Notes under the pieces: generated by a model | Told to the model about the DNA's origin: nothing | Seen by the model: the letters and a program-made list of their open reading frames with translations, nothing else | Database searches by the model: none | Shown here: piece by piece, positions 24,901 through 38,160 of the stretch | Layout: each line of letters starts with the position of its first letter | How positions within the stretch are numbered: position 1 is the first letter of the stretch | NCBI RefSeq assembly: GCF_048593235.1 | Contig: NC_133618.1 | Coordinates: 389,874,562 to 389,938,561 of the forward strand | DNA length: 64,000 bases | Direction: 5' to 3' | Origin: Sminthopsis crassicaudata | Taxonomy: Eukaryota | Position numbers and translations under genes: made by a program

Positions 24901-27900
24901 GCTCAGAGCTGCAAACACTTTAGCTTTGTGTCCCCGAAGTTCTAAGGTTCCTGTGCGGAGGGGCCGTGGTGGATGAGGAGGCCGAGGGTTGCCAAGTAGC
25001 CTTTGTTCCTTAAGTCGAGACTGCAGTGTTGTGCACCAGCTGTCCCTCTGAACTGAAGGCAAATAGGGATGAGGATTGAAGAGTTTGAGTCATAGAGTGA
25101 AGAAAATCTAGATAATGCCTCGGAGGACAGCAGGGATGGGTTTGTGACTAGTGACCACTCTTTAGGAGGGCACTTTGAAACAACATAGGAATATTTCCTT
25201 ATGAAAATTCCAAAGCACCTCAAATTCAACATGACTAAAATAGAATTAATTATGTTTCTTTCTAAAATAGTTCCTCCTCCAAGTTTTTCTGCTTCTATTG
25301 AGCGTATCACCACCTTTTAGTCACCCAGATTCACAACCTTAACCTCAGACTTTCTCTTTTCTCATTATTACCCTGCCCACATATAGTCAGTGACCACATC
25401 TTGTCAATTCTATTGTCATTACATCTTTTCTATCTGTACTTTTTTTTTCAGTCAAGCTACCACCATCTTAGTCCACACAGCTGCCAAAATAATATTCCTC
25501 AGGAATAATTCTGATTATGTCTTTTCCCAGCTCAAGAATTTCCAATGGCTCCCTATTGCCTCTAAAATAAAATGCAGACTCCTTTGTCATTTAAAGCTCA
25601 ACCCAATCTAGTTCCCAGCTACCTTTTCAGATTTATTTTGTTTTGCTCTGCTTCTCATAGTATGCTCTCATGATCTATCCAAAGTGTCCTATGTTCTTGC
25701 TCCCATCAGTTGACAATGAGTTGGTCTCTCTCATTGGAGATATAAATCTCCAATCTCCATTCATGCCTTTTTTCAGGCTGTCCTCATGCCTGAAATGCTG
25801 AATCTTCTCACCTCCCCCTCTCGAAATCCTAATTTCATTAAGGCTCAGGGTATCTTGTACACTTCCCGATACCCTTACTTGTTATTGCTCTTTCCCTTCT
25901 CATGTTATCTTGTATTTACTTATGTTTATATGCCACAATGATCAGTAAAGCATAAGTTCTTTGAAGTTGGAGGTTGTTTTTTATTTGTCTTTATATCATA
26001 AACAACACTGTGATTCAGTCTTTTTTTTTTTTTCTCCCTCCTGTGATTTCATAAACATACGGAACTCTTGGTATGGAAATGCTCTCCACAAATGCAAGTT
26101 AACAAATCTGCAACATAATCAGATAATTTCCTGGAGCACTGAGAGGTTCATCCCTTGCTCATAATCACACACATTTGTCAGAGACTTGTCTTCTTCATCC
26201 CAAGGCAAGCCCTCCACTATGTCATGCCTCCCCTCACCTTGCACATGGTATAACCTTAATAAATGCTTTTTGGATTGAAGGGAGTGGGATGACAGTAAGT
26301 CTGCCTGTTGGCCTCCTACCCCAGGCTGGCCCTTTGCTCACCTTCACTCTCAGCTCGAAACACAAATACTCTTTGGCTAGTGATGACTTGGAACTTGCAG
26401 TCCTTGCAGCTTCTGATCATCTCAATGACCGTCAGTGGGATAACCCCTTTAGGGAATGTGTCCTGGGGAGACAGCAGCATTGACCCAAAGTCAACAAGCA
26501 AGTTGGTATTGCCCCTCCAGGAAGACTCCTCTTCTCATTTTATTTCCCTTTAAGACCCTCATTTCTTTCCTCTCAGACTGCCTCCCAAATTTCAGATTCC
26601 TTGAAACCCTAAAATTCTTCCTTGATTTTCCTAGCTTCTTTGTAATCCATTCCCACCCTCCACATATATACAAACTTACCTTGTCACTTCCATAATACAT
26701 CAACTTCTTTCCATTGAACCTGACAAAGCGCCTCTGAAAGACATAATTCCTAGGGGAAAGAAGGAGAGAGGAATCAGTCTCCCAGGGTCCAAAATTGGCA
26801 GCAGGAAGGTACTCTCTAATGAAGAAAAGGGCAAGTCTCTTAGGGTTAGAGTAATAGACTACCTCCTTCCCAAGTCACTTCATTAACAGCAACCCCTCCA
26901 TCCCCTCTTTCTAGCTACTACCTCACTCCTTTTATAGCTGCCCTCCCTTCTCATAATCTTTTCTGTTTTTTTTCCTTTCCAAAGTCCCCCACATCACCCC
27001 CTTCCAATCACACCCCTGAGGCGAGAGCTTGTCCAACCAGCCACTGAGCAGGGGTGTAGGGGGATCAGCTAGTGAAGTAAAGCTGGCATAGGGGGAGATG
27101 AGATCATCGCTTGGCTCTTCAGGGTCCAGGATGGGCACCAAGTGGGTAGAGTCTCCAGGCAACTCCAGACTAGCATAGCCACAGTCCTCTCCCCCTTCTG
27201 GTTCATGGTTACTTGGTCTAGAGAAAGAAAAGAAGAGATATGAATAGTTGACTCAACTCCATCTCTTCTCCTCATGACTGCTATATTCCTCTCCATTATA
27301 ATCTGTTCTAAATCTTCTCCTTTATGATTTTTCTAAATTTCTCCCCAATGTTCCTCTTCATATCTCCTTTATATCTTGCCTTTTATGATTCATCTCAAAG
27401 CACCTACCTGGGTTCACCTGCTGACTGACCGACACCCCTTGTCTTCCTTCCCTGTGGAGTCCCAGGGACTGAAACGGGCTGAACACCATAGTATAGGCTA
27501 CTGGGGTCCATGATATGCACTGGAGTTTGGTGAAATAGGGATGGGGAGACAAGTCAAATGGTAAAATGGATATGATGAATCCTCACCTTTAATAACCTTA
27601 CCATTCCTTGCCACCCCCCCCCATCTTCCACATGGTCTTCTGCTGACCTGTGCCGCCTGTGGGTCTGGAAGTGGGGATGGGAGTAGGAGGTTCTACCAGG
27701 GAGCAGTCTGTAGTCCTGAGGATAGAAGGGAACTTGTAACACCGGAAGCAAAGAAGGAGAGAAGAAAGACAATGCTTTACCTCCCCCCTTTATTTCTCCC
27801 TTCTCTATTGACCCTTTTCCCAGCTGATTGCTAACTCACTCACGTTTCTTGATCTCCTGGTTGTGCTCCCCTTCCAAGGTCCAGCCCAAAATAGATATCA

Positions 27901-28454
27901 TTGGGCATCATTGTCAGACTGTCAGAGGTGGGAAGTTGATCTGCAGGGAGGGCGGGGGTGAAGGGAGACTGAGGGGTGCTTAGGGAAGTCTCTTGGCTCA
28001 CTGGCTGCTCTGAACTCCCGGGGACCATGCTCTCTTCCTCTTGGACTAACAGGCTGGTATCCTCTCCCTGAGTCACTGGAGGGGTCTCTGCAGAAGGGTT
28101 CAGCAAGGGAGGTGGAATTGATTCCGTAGGGGTAGTGCCAAAAAAAGTAAACACAGTCCTTGGTTTGGGCACTGGTTTGCTGGGGATCACTTGAGGATCT
28201 GGACTTGGGGGTTGATCCATGGTGGTGTCCAGTGGGGTGTCGGTAGGACCCTCCACAGAGGCCCCCTGCAGCAGGCGAAGAATCCGTTTGCGATGACCCG
28301 TGGCCCAGATGCCCATTCGACGAAGTTCCTCGTGGCCCAGATTTTGGGCAGCAGCTGCAGTGGACACACCGTGCCTCCTGAATGTATCTGCGTACCGCTC
28401 CAGATGTACTTCTGCTAGCCAGACCTCAATGTCCAGGTCCCTGGATGACTCCAT
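15949..28454 (-). CDS. ARAP3: ArfGAP with RhoGAP domain, ankyrin repeat and PH domain 3 (1566 aa, 32 coding exons)
   Basis: Exons 27844-28454, 27648-27715, 27408-27519, 27014-27217, 26680-26749, 26342-26462, 24868-25052, 24615-24721, 23964-24163, 23756-23841, 23389-23571, 23163-23271, 22637-22753, 22332-22479, 22128-22230, 21548-21767, 21390-21453, 20803-20966, 20365-20577, 20045-20150, 19755-19902, 19312-19380, 18670-18744, 18455-18569, 18240-18368, 17964-18097, 17619-17701, 17497-17532, 17218-17281, 16972-17109, 16664-16702, 15949-16428 (4701 nt, in frame, GT-AG). SAM (ATGHRKRILRLLQ), PH (GWLDKLSPQG), ArfGAP zinc finger (CADC...VICKHC), RhoGAP (GLRLEGVYRKGG), RA and PH5 are all recognisable. 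Confidence 0.98.
18955..19080 (-). mobile_element. CORE-SINE (MAR1/MIR-like marsupial tRNA-derived SINE)
   Basis: gacttgcccagggtcacacagctag...gatttgaactcaggtcctcttgact...ctctatccactgggccacctagctgc = antisense tRNA head (A/B boxes) plus core. Confidence 0.7.
25170..26170 (+). mobile_element. LINE-2 fragment(s) in ARAP3 intron 7
   Basis: L2-like motifs cacctcaaattcaacatg, ctgattatgtc...aatttccaatggctccctattgcctctaaaataaa, and a 3'-end-like segment; limits approximate. Confidence 0.6.
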
Positions 28455-28629
28455 GAGGGTTCAGGCCATTGCCTAGAAAAGAGAGAGTGGAGGTGGGGAT
28501 GGTGGACAGGACTTAAGCTAAACTCCACATTATCTTCTCCCAGCTTTAGGGTAGAAGAAGCCTAATCCAAATCCTGAAGCCTCCCCCATCCACAATCAGG
28601 CAAAGTTACAGGGATTTAGACAGGAAATG

Positions 28630-28830
28630 TGGAGACAGAGTTCTTAGACTGTCAAAGTTTGAAGGGACTTCCAGGGATCTGGCCCAAACCCCTTGTTTTA
28701 CAAATGAGGAAAGGAAGACCCAAAAGAGCTTAAATGACTTGCCCATGATCACATATCCTCCTGGCAGGGCCAGAGCCAGAACCCAGGTTTCTTTGACTCA
28801 CGGTTCAGTGTGCTTTCCATTACACCACAG
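28630..28830 (-). mobile_element. MIR/MIR3 SINE in ARAP3 intron 1
   Basis: gaagggactt...ttgttttacaaatgaggaaa...aaatgacttgcccatgatcaca. Confidence 0.55.
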
Positions 28831-29559
28831 AGTCACTGAGAAAGCAAATACCTAGAACCCTAGAAAGGCACTGTGAAGTGAGAAAGGGACCAAGATCACA
28901 GAAGGGGACTGGGGTCACTGAGGGCCACCACAGCAGCCAGGAACCAGGGGAGAGGAAGGGGAAGGGTCAACATAATCAGGGTGGGGTAGAAGGGGAGTGA
29001 TCAGCTAGTCTCAATCAGGAGGAGGCAGGAATGGAAGAGGCCATTCCCACAGGTCTCTGCAGCTCTAACCCAAAACACTGCTGTCCAGTTTCCAGTTCCT
29101 CCTCCCCTTCCACCTATTGTCTCCGCTCAGACTTCCTTCCTGTCCCTTCACCAAAGAGCCGCCCCCACATCCTGCCCCAGCCAGGCTGGGCAGAGAACTC
29201 GGACATGTCAGGGCTGGGCCAGGGAGAGAAAGAAAGCAGTGGGTGATGGTGGGATTGACTTTGTCAGATCACTACTCTCTGCATAGGAATCTCTGTTACC
29301 GCCCCTCGTCCCATTGGGCACATCCTAGGCCCGCACTCAGCGGGAAGAACCCTCCTTCATCCCCGCTCCTACGTGCCTTCCTCAGGCTTTATCTCTGTTT
29401 TTGTCCCGTCCCTATCCTCCCTTTGTTTCGACTTCCGTACCCCAGCTTAAGTCCCCATGCGATGGGCGACCATCCCCAATCGGGAATCGAGATTGCTGGA
29501 CACTGACTCAAGCTACCCCTCTCCCTTGTGACTCAGGCCCTCGCCTGGCACAAGACTGG

Positions 29560-30420
29560 AAACCAAGTGGTCAGAATGGGGGCATGATTGCCAATGGGGG
29601 GGGAAGGCGGGGCAGGGAAAACGGAGGCAAGGGAAAGGGCAAGGAGAGGGCAGAGTCCGGTCTTGAGAAAGGAGGGGCGGGTCAACCGTCGGGGGGCGGG
29701 AGAGAAGAATCTGCAGGAGGCGGAGAGGGGCGCCTGGCTCCAGAGATCTTTGAGATCTCAGAAAGGAGCAGCCCACGCAGGAGCACTAGGGTGCTCGGGA
29801 ACTCTTTAAAGCAAGAAAGAAAGTTTGGGGGGCAAAGAACAGGTTCTCACCTTAGTCCGCGGCTATCCGCTCAGCTCCATTCACTCGGCGCGGTGGCAGC
29901 CAGTGTCCAGAAGCTCCAAGCTCCGGTCCCCAGTGCTTCGGCCCGCCCCAGCCCTCCCACCACCTGGGTTGTCCCCGCCCCGGCTAGGCTCTCTACTCCG
30001 CCTTCCGCAGGCGTCCCTTGAGCAAGTACGAGGAGGGAGAAGAAGTTGCAGAACTGTTACCCAATCCCCTGAGTTTAACTCCCTCCAGCCTCACCCCGCC
30101 CTGCAGTCTGGGTACCACTGTGTGTGACACCCGTTAGTCGGAGGCTCACAACGTCCCCCTCCCCCCAGGAAGGGGGTGTTGGAGTAGGCTGCTTTCCCCT
30201 GATCCCGGTCTCTTAGAGCACCGCAATCTAGGGAAGATCCCAGGTTCAGGCCCAGAACTGCTCTACCCTTCCCTCGGAGCTAGCGGTATCTGGAAGAAGG
30301 CCCTCCCGAGAGCGAAGGTTCCGGCACTTTGCTTCCTAGCCCTTTCATCACCCCTTCTTAGAAACTGGCCCCATTGCCACCGGCTCTCGGCCCGGCCCCA
30401 TCCACTAGCGCTTCACTAAG
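29560..30420 (-). promoter_or_regulatory. ARAP3: ARAP3 promoter CpG island with non-coding exon 1 (donor AAG|GTGAGA at 29851/29850)
   Basis: CpG-rich, GC boxes at about 29941-29980, strong - strand donor; the next acceptor ttttctag|GCAATGG at 28472 opens the ATG-containing exon. Confidence 0.75.
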
Positions 30421-30534
30421 AGTGGACTGTGGGTTGCTGAGCCCTCTGTAGCTGAAAACAGCTCTTATGTCCATCTTCCCCTAAATGATACCCCTTTCCC
30501 CCTCAGCCCTTTATATTTGCCTTTAGGGTTAGAG

Positions 30535-30670
30535 CTCCACCGTTGGAAGGGACTTCTGAAGCCATCTAGTCTAATCCCGTTATTTTACAGATGCACAAAA
30601 TGAAGTCTGGGGAAATTAAGTGACAGTGAGAATCTGAGGAAGTCTCTGAATCCAGACCCTTTGACCCCAG
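30535..30670 (-). mobile_element. MIR/MIR3 fragment
   Basis: gaagggacttctgaagccatctagtctaatcccgttattttacagatg. Confidence 0.45.
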
Positions 30671-31221
30671 GACTAGTTTCTTTCCCTCTGTGCTAGGATG
30701 AGAAAGAGCTCTTCTTTCCCAGGGGAATCCTACACTCTCAGTTTTGTTTCTCTCCTGCTGCACTATGTGTGGGGCTGGGGATGAGGGGAAGGGTTAATGG
30801 TGACTTTTCTGACTTGTAATGGGAAATGTAAGTTTATAAGTCACCTAGAGAGAGGAACCATAGACATCCCTGATTCTGGGGAAGAGGCGGGGAATGTGGG
30901 AGCTTCCTTTTCTTTGACCATGGAAATCAAGTTAACTCCCCTCCTTCTGAGGGCCTAGAATTGAAAAAGTAAAATTATTGGAGAGAGGTCTCCATGTTCA
31001 GCTTGGTAGAGCCTTTTACCCCAGCATTACAAAACAGATCATAGGACTTCTAGAAGAGCAAAGTACCTCAATAGATGGGAACCTAAGGTTATTGCCAGAA
31101 ACCCTCCTCTTCCTTCCTCTATCCCTAAATGGAGGTACAAAAAGGAATGATCTGCCCTTTTTATAGCTAGGGAAATAGTCATAGAGTCAAGAGTTCAGCA
31201 GGATCAGGATAAGACTTATTT

Positions 31222-32050
31222 ATTTTTGTATGTATATGTATTTATACAGTTGTCTTGCTCTACAAGAAAAATCGGATTTAGAAAGGAAGGTAAAGATAAC
31301 GTGGGAAGAAAAACAAAAATGCAAGCAAACGATAACAGAAAGAGTGCAAATGCTATGTTGTGGTCCACACTCATGTCCCAGTGTTCTTTCAATGGGTGTA
31401 GCTGGTTCTGTTCATCACTGATTAATTGGAACTGATTTGGATCCTCTCATTATTGTAGAGGGCCATGTCCTCATATAGTAGTGTTGAAGTGTATAATGAT
31501 CTTCTGGTTCTGCTCATTTCACTTAGCATCAATTCATGTAAGTCTCTCCAAGCCTCTCTGTATTCATCCTGATAATTATTTCTTACAGAACAATAATATT
31601 CCATAACATTTATATACCACAATTTATTCAGCCATTCTCCAATTGATCCATTAAGTTTCCAGTTTCTGGCCACTACAAAGAGGGCTGCCACAAACATTTT
31701 TGCACATGTGGGTCCCTTTCCCTCCTTTAAGATCTCTTTGGGATATAAGCCCAGTAGTAGCACTGTTGAATCAAAGGGTATGCACAGTTTGATAACTTTT
31801 TGAGCATAGTTTCAAATTGCTCTCCAGAATGTTTGGATCCATTCACAACTCCACCAACAATGCATCAGTGTCCCAGTTTCCCCACACTCCCTTCAACATT
31901 CATCATTATCTTTCCCTGTCATTCTAGCCAATCTGACAGGTGTGTAATGGTGTCTCAGAATTGTCTTAATATGCATTTCTCTGATCAATATTGATTTGGA
32001 GCATCTTTTCATATGGCTAGAAATAGTTTCAATTTCATCATCTGAAAATT
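31222..32050 (-). mobile_element. 5'-truncated LINE-1 (ORF2 C-terminus plus 3'UTR) with target-site duplication
   Basis: Minus-strand [34 protein letters not shown] (L1 ORF2 C-terminus). Flanked by aagacttattt at 31211-31221 and 32055-32065. Confidence 0.92.
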
Positions 32051-34629
32051 GGACAAGACTTATTTTTGCAGAGTGTTGGGGTCAAGGCAGGAGCTTAAAG
32101 AGGAGGCCTAGGGGATCAGGGTGGAGCTATGAAGAGGGAACCTCTGCAATGATGGCAAACCTAACTTCCTTCCACAGAAGACTTATCAGATCTCTCAACC
32201 CCACCTTTATCTATTTCTGTCTGTCTTTTCTCTTTCTGTCAGTCTCCTCTATGCATCTATCTTTCCCATTTATTTCCTTCTCCACTTGAAAAGCAGTGCC
32301 CTTGGAGAAGGGAAGGAAAGCAGCGCTTTAACCTGGGTTTCACATTCCAAGCTCCATGTGAAGCCTTAAAGATCAAGACTGAAGATCTCTTTTTCACTCA
32401 GCTTCACAGTCACTCTTTCCTATATGAACTCAGAAGCTAATTGCACCCAAAAGGTTCATTGAAATGTGGGAATCACACACCAGTAAACTTGCAACATAGA
32501 AAGAAATAAAACTATTAAAGGCCTTGTCCTCCTCCAACCCAATCCAAATTTCTCCACTTCCTTCAAGGTCAGGGGCAGAGAAAGTAAGAATTAGGAAAAA
32601 GAGACAAAGAAACAATCAACCATACAAAAAACAAAGCAATGAAAGAGTCAAGAGCCGAAAGAGCTGCTCTGGCTGAGGACAGCAAAATGGGGGTGGGGGT
32701 GGGGAAATGTATTTGTGAGTTTGAGACTCATTCCAAATTTAGTCTACCCTCACTCCAAAGCTCCCTCCATATTCTAGGGTTTTGCTTTAAAAGATAATGG
32801 AGGGGAGAATCAAAAAGCAAAAGGTTCAGCAATGTCCTCTTTCAACCTGCCTTGAGTGATTTGGTTTGAGACAGGAGATTGGGAATCCAGGGAATTCTTA
32901 TCATTCCCTTAACAGCTGAGCAGATTCTTGGTAGTGCCTTCCAGGGTGTTTAGTTAGGGATGCACTAATGGGAAAAGGGATTAATTATAATTTCCTTTGC
33001 TATGTGTTGAGGGTGTCAGGGTGGGGTGGGGCAGCAAGGTTGGATGTCTAGAGTGAAGCCTCCACTAAGGTTGGAAATTCCAAAGTAGTTACAATTCAGG
33101 AAGTTATTTGGGGCTCTTGTCTGTAAGACTGAGCTGCTCCAAATAAAGAAAGGTATTTTATTTGGGGATATATCTCTCAGATTAGCTAAGGATTAAAAAC
33201 TCAGGTCTACCAAGAATGGGAGGAGTGAGTAGGGTTATCAGAAAGGAGTTGTTTTTTTGGGGTTTTTTGGAGCGAAGAACTCCTCTTCAGGGTCACTGCC
33301 ATGGCAAAGCTATCCTTTCATCAGGGTATGTTCATCAGGGTTGCCCAAGAGCCACCACAGTTCAAAGCTGACTCAACTAGAATAAATAGTCTCTTGGAAG
33401 GGGGGATGCTGGAAGCCAACAACAGCCAAATCCCAAGCCTAATCTTTTCTGGCTCCCTCATCCCTGCCTCTCCCAGGAGAAGATATGGTGTCTGGGGGCC
33501 AATTGAGCTAATGGCTTTTATAATCAGCCACTTCTATTTTTCTGAATAAAATGATACATTAACTAACAGGGAAAGAGGTCAAGTAATTCTCTGTGATGTG
33601 AGAGTAGGTTTTCCTGCTTTCCTAGGTCTCCTGCCTATAGGCTTATTCTGTGTCTCCCAAGTGACTCTGGCTATTGCTATAACCCTACTCATCTTAGGGC
33701 TGAAAACTAGGATGCTCTATTCACCACCTACTTAAGTATCAAGCTTCTATTACAGCCAGCTATTGTAGTCATCTTATTATACACCATCATACTGATATAC
33801 CTATGACCTCATCCCACCCTTTTGTTATGTACCCCCACTATCTCATTTAACCCTTTGACTTTGCTATATTCAATCAGTCTATTAGTTCCTTTCATTTAGT
33901 TAGATTCCTGTCATGTCCTTATACTTCATCACTTCTATCAAATTTTTCATGGCAGTATTCCTGTTTCCTGTTCAACATTTTCCCCTTATGTTGTCATTCC
34001 TCATCATCCTTATATGACAGTCACTTATTGCCTCAATATTTCTGGTTGCTCCATCACCTCCTTTGGCCTGTGTACTAATGCTTTGACTGACCTTTCATGG
34101 CTCCATTCTATCCTTTCATACCTCATCATCTCTAGTCTTTCTGTGTAACCATTGCTCCCCTTGGCCTTGGTGAGATGAGAAATCTGCAGGGACAGAATCC
34201 TTTCTCAGAGAAGCATATATGGTGGGAGAGACAACAAGAAATAGAATACACATGGGCTTCCCTTTCTCATCACTTTGCTGGGACTGAGAACTCTCAGTCC
34301 TCAAGCACTAAAAATTATTACCCAAAGTCCATTGCTTCCTCTCCCTATGACCCCCAGTTTTTTATCATTTGAAACTTATTTGACGATGCTGTTATCACTG
34401 GGCAGCCAGGGGCAGCCAGGATCTTGGAACCACAAGGTCTTTGTTTTTCAGAGAACTGTGGCAGCTCCCTGGGCAAAAGGAACAGGAGGAACAAAAAGCA
34501 AAATGAAATGCTATTCTTCTCCCGGGGGGCATCCTGGGGAAAGGAAGGGAAGAAGACTCTAGATTTTGGAAGTTTATTTCCTGAGTAAGAACCAAGCAAG
34601 AAGCGTCTATTGGAGAACAGCTGAATGTA

Positions 34630-35180
34630 GCCTTGGATAGAAAGGCAGAGTATAGTGCCTAGGCAGTTGTGGATAAGAGTGGTACCCCTAGAGAAAGAGT
34701 GCTTCTTTGAAAAGGGGATATAATTCTCTGGGCCTTATCCCACCCATGAAAAAGGGACATGTCAAGGCTCTGATCCCTTGATTATGGGAATGGAGAGGGG
34801 GTGTGACATAGAACTTTAAGATCTTTAGGAAGATCATTCTGACAGCTGAGTGGAGAATGAACTGGAGTTGGGAGAGATTTGGGGTAGGGAGACCACTATT
34901 GCAATAGTGAAAAGATGAGATGAGAAGGGTCTGCACCAGAGTGGGAGTATTATCAGAGGAAAGGAGTGAGGAAGGGATATTTGAAGGCTGTTACAAAGGT
35001 AGAATCCATAAGATTTGGCAACATTGGATATGGTGCTAAAAGAAAGTGAGGGGTCCAAGGTGACAGCTCGATTGCAGGCTGGTTCATTGGGAAGATGGTG
35101 GTGCCCTTTATGGTAATAGGAAAATTAAGGAGAAAAGGAGCCTTGGGGCAGAGAGGAAGATGATAAGATCATTTTGGACA
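34630..35180 (-). mobile_element. LINE-2 fragment
   Basis: Antisense L2 motifs gaagatcattctgacagctgagtggagaatg and gatttggcaacattggatatgg. Confidence 0.6.
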
Positions 35181-35185
35181 TGTGG

Positions 35186-35928
35186 GTGTGAGGAATAAAA
35201 CTGACTATTAAATTCTCTTTCTTTCTACTTTGCCTATCCTACCTTAAGCCTGCTTCTTAAGAGCTGCTAAGCATTTGATCTGATAACTTCCTTAGGCTCG
35301 GAATTTGCTGAATAGCCTGAAAGGGAGAGGGAAGCTAAAGGCAGGGACCTTGGGGAACTGAGATATCTTTAGGTTAGAGATATGGGGGATTTGACCAGGT
35401 GACTGAAATGTGTTGAGAGATTAGCTTAGGGATAGGTAACCTTGATGGGATATTGTGGCAAATGTCAGTGCCTCTATGTGGGAGACAATGGTTGGGAGCA
35501 GAGTCTCTCAGTTCTAATTGTATCCCTTATGATTTTCCAGAGGGATGGTTCAAATAAGAGTAACCATGGAAGGGGGCATATTAAGTCAAACTCTGACCTT
35601 GATCACTTGCCTGGTTCTGAAATGCTCTTGTTCTGAGCTCCAGACAATAACACCAACTTTGCAGCACTGTTTATGTCAACCTTGATGCACTATATTTGAA
35701 AGGCCCCATTGTCTAAGTCATCTAGGATATAAATGCTGTTTCCACTCAGAGACAGAGAGGAGACTAGAAACTTCAAGGGCAAAGTGCCTAACACCCCTAT
35801 TTGGAACACAGCCCTTGGCTCCAGACACTGTTCTGGCTAAGACCCTTCACTGTATAGCCAGTGAGATAATTTTCATCCAGTTGTTGTCCTGAGAATGATA
35901 AATAGGATGGACTTGGCTACTCTTGACA
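35186..35928. mobile_element. Possible solo LTR
   Basis: TG...CA bounded block that interrupts older LINE sequence, with TATA-like gatataaat at about 35726. No TSD found. Confidence 0.3.
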
Positions 35929-35959
35929 TTTTGTGAACAGGAGCTCCTGCTTGTTTCTT

Positions 35960-36560
35960 CCCCAATTGTATAGTTACTCTTGCCCAGATCCTCTTGCTTT
36001 TATTTGCATTTGAAGGTCATTTTCTTGTTCATTTGCAAAATTTGTTTGCTATAGAAAATGATAAATTTTACCAATACATATTATGGATCTTGAGGAGCAA
36101 TTTTTTTTTCTTTTGTGGCAATAGTCTATAGATTTTCTTGATCAATGCTTTGTTTTCTCTATTCAGAAGTTCCAAGCAATTTTCTTTTATTATTTCTTAT
36201 ATTATGGTATCTAGGTTTTCCTTTGACTTATTCTTCTGGGAGACCTATGAACCTTAAATTGTCTATGCCCATCCTATCTTCAAATTCAGTCACTTTTACT
36301 TAAATAGAATTCATGTATTCTTTTAAAATTGCTGTTTTTTTATTGTGTTGCATTGAATTTTTTTCCACTTGAATATTTTTATATTCTAAATCTGTTCATC
36401 TCTTTTAAATTTCTTTAGAAATATTCTCCATTGTGGATTCAATTTTCTTTTTTTAAACCACTCTGTATTAACAGTCTAATTTCTGCCCTATGTTTTCCCT
36501 ATTTCCTTCTTTTATCAGTTTAATTTCTCTTTTGAACCATTCCCAGATCCCTTGACATAG
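35960..36560 (-). mobile_element. Old L1/HAL1 ORF1-like fragment
   Basis: T-rich + strand; - strand reads as degenerate ORF1-like A-rich coding sequence (ggaacttctgaatagagaaaac, agaataagtcaaagg...cctagatacc). Confidence 0.4.
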
Positions 36561-37699
36561 ATACAGGCATGAAGACTCCAGAATTATTCATGAGAAAATG
36601 GCTGGTAGAATTCACTCCCAAAATTATTTCTAGAAGTTCCCTCCTGCTCCAGTACTTCTTTTTTCAACCAGGTTTTTTAATTCCACATTTCTCTTTTAGA
36701 GAAATTGCTCTTTCAAGTTTTAGAGATGGAAGGGATGTCTTTTTCCATTCATCAACTGCTGGATCGGGCTACAGTCACATATAGAATCCTGGCAGGGACA
36801 AGAGCATTAGATTAGCTGAAGAGCCCTCTCTACTTTCATATTTGAAGAGGTCAGCTGTCTGGCTATCAACATAGGATTGTTTGTCTGGTTGCCTGTGTCC
36901 CTATGACTTTTCCAACTCTGTAAACACCAATCATTCTACAAAAGCTGGAAAGGAGAGCATTCTGGGGTGTTCCTGGTCTCCTCTTCCTCATCAAATCCCA
37001 AATTCATTTTCTGGCCTTATTTCAAGCTTTTGCTAGGATATCACATCTGGCTTTGTTACCTATTGTCTTTAAGAGTCCCTAAGGAGCAACTAATGCCTCT
37101 AAGACCCAACTCCTTCTTTCACTATCTCTATGGAAAAGGATCTTTGATTTCTTCCCCCAAAGCAGAAGGCACTATTAAGCAGAAACTGGAAAAATAGGAA
37201 GGGGAAGGACTGTCTCTCCCTCTGGCCTAGTTTTTTCCAAAACATCCCATGACTCAATATTAAAGTGAGACATTAGGGGCCAGGAATGGTAATATTGAAG
37301 AGGATACTTCAAAGGTGCTGAGCTGGACTATAATGGAGGTTTGTCTATATGTCCAGAAACATATATTTCTTGTTTACTGTAGGAACTCCAACAGAGACTG
37401 AGGGAAAACAAATTATTAGCAAGAGATCCTTTTAAGGATTAGCATTTCCTGGCTCTGAGTGCACAGTTGCTAGTTCTGAGAAATCATAGGCCCAGGCCTC
37501 TTTCACCACAGTCCTACTACTGTGTTTAGCATTCTTAATGGGAAAAGACCTAGATCAGATTGAAACACCCCGTAGGCATATACCCCTAAGGAAGGCCCAT
37601 CCTGGATGACCTGTCTGAACTGAACCAATTAGGGAAGACATTTTCAGTTTGCAATGTCTGAAAGCAGAGAGAAGAGGAAAGCTCTAGAAGAGATTTTAA

Positions 37700-38160
37700 A
37701 AGACAAATCATTCTAGGGGTGGATTTGTTTTTTCTGACAAGGAAAGAACAGTGAAAGTAGTCTCTAAGTAACTCTTGACAAAATAGAACTCATTATCTTT
37801 TCTAAATCTGACCATCCTCCAGAGGTCTTCAACCTTAAATTCATCCTTCATCCTTTCCTCTCCTTCACTACATCTTTTAGTGGCTACATCTTTCAATTTT
37901 TACTATCACAGATTATTTTATATAAATTCTTTGTTTGCTACCACCTAGTGCAGGACCTCTTCCTTGCATGATTGTGATAGTTTTCTAATTTTTCTCCCTA
38001 TTTCCAGTATCTTTGCTTCTCAATTCATCTTCCACACAGTCACCAAGACCTACAGCTTTAATAACTGGCCTGACCATGTCACTTCCCTGATCAAAAATAT
38101 TCAGTGATCCCCCTATATTTCGAGTATGTTTTTCATGCATTGTTAAGGAGATGGTGAGCC
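37700..38160 (+). mobile_element. LINE-2 fragment
   Basis: L2-like ctaccacctagtgcaggacc...ttcatcttccacacag...tgaccatgtcacttccctgatcaaaa. Confidence 0.55.
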
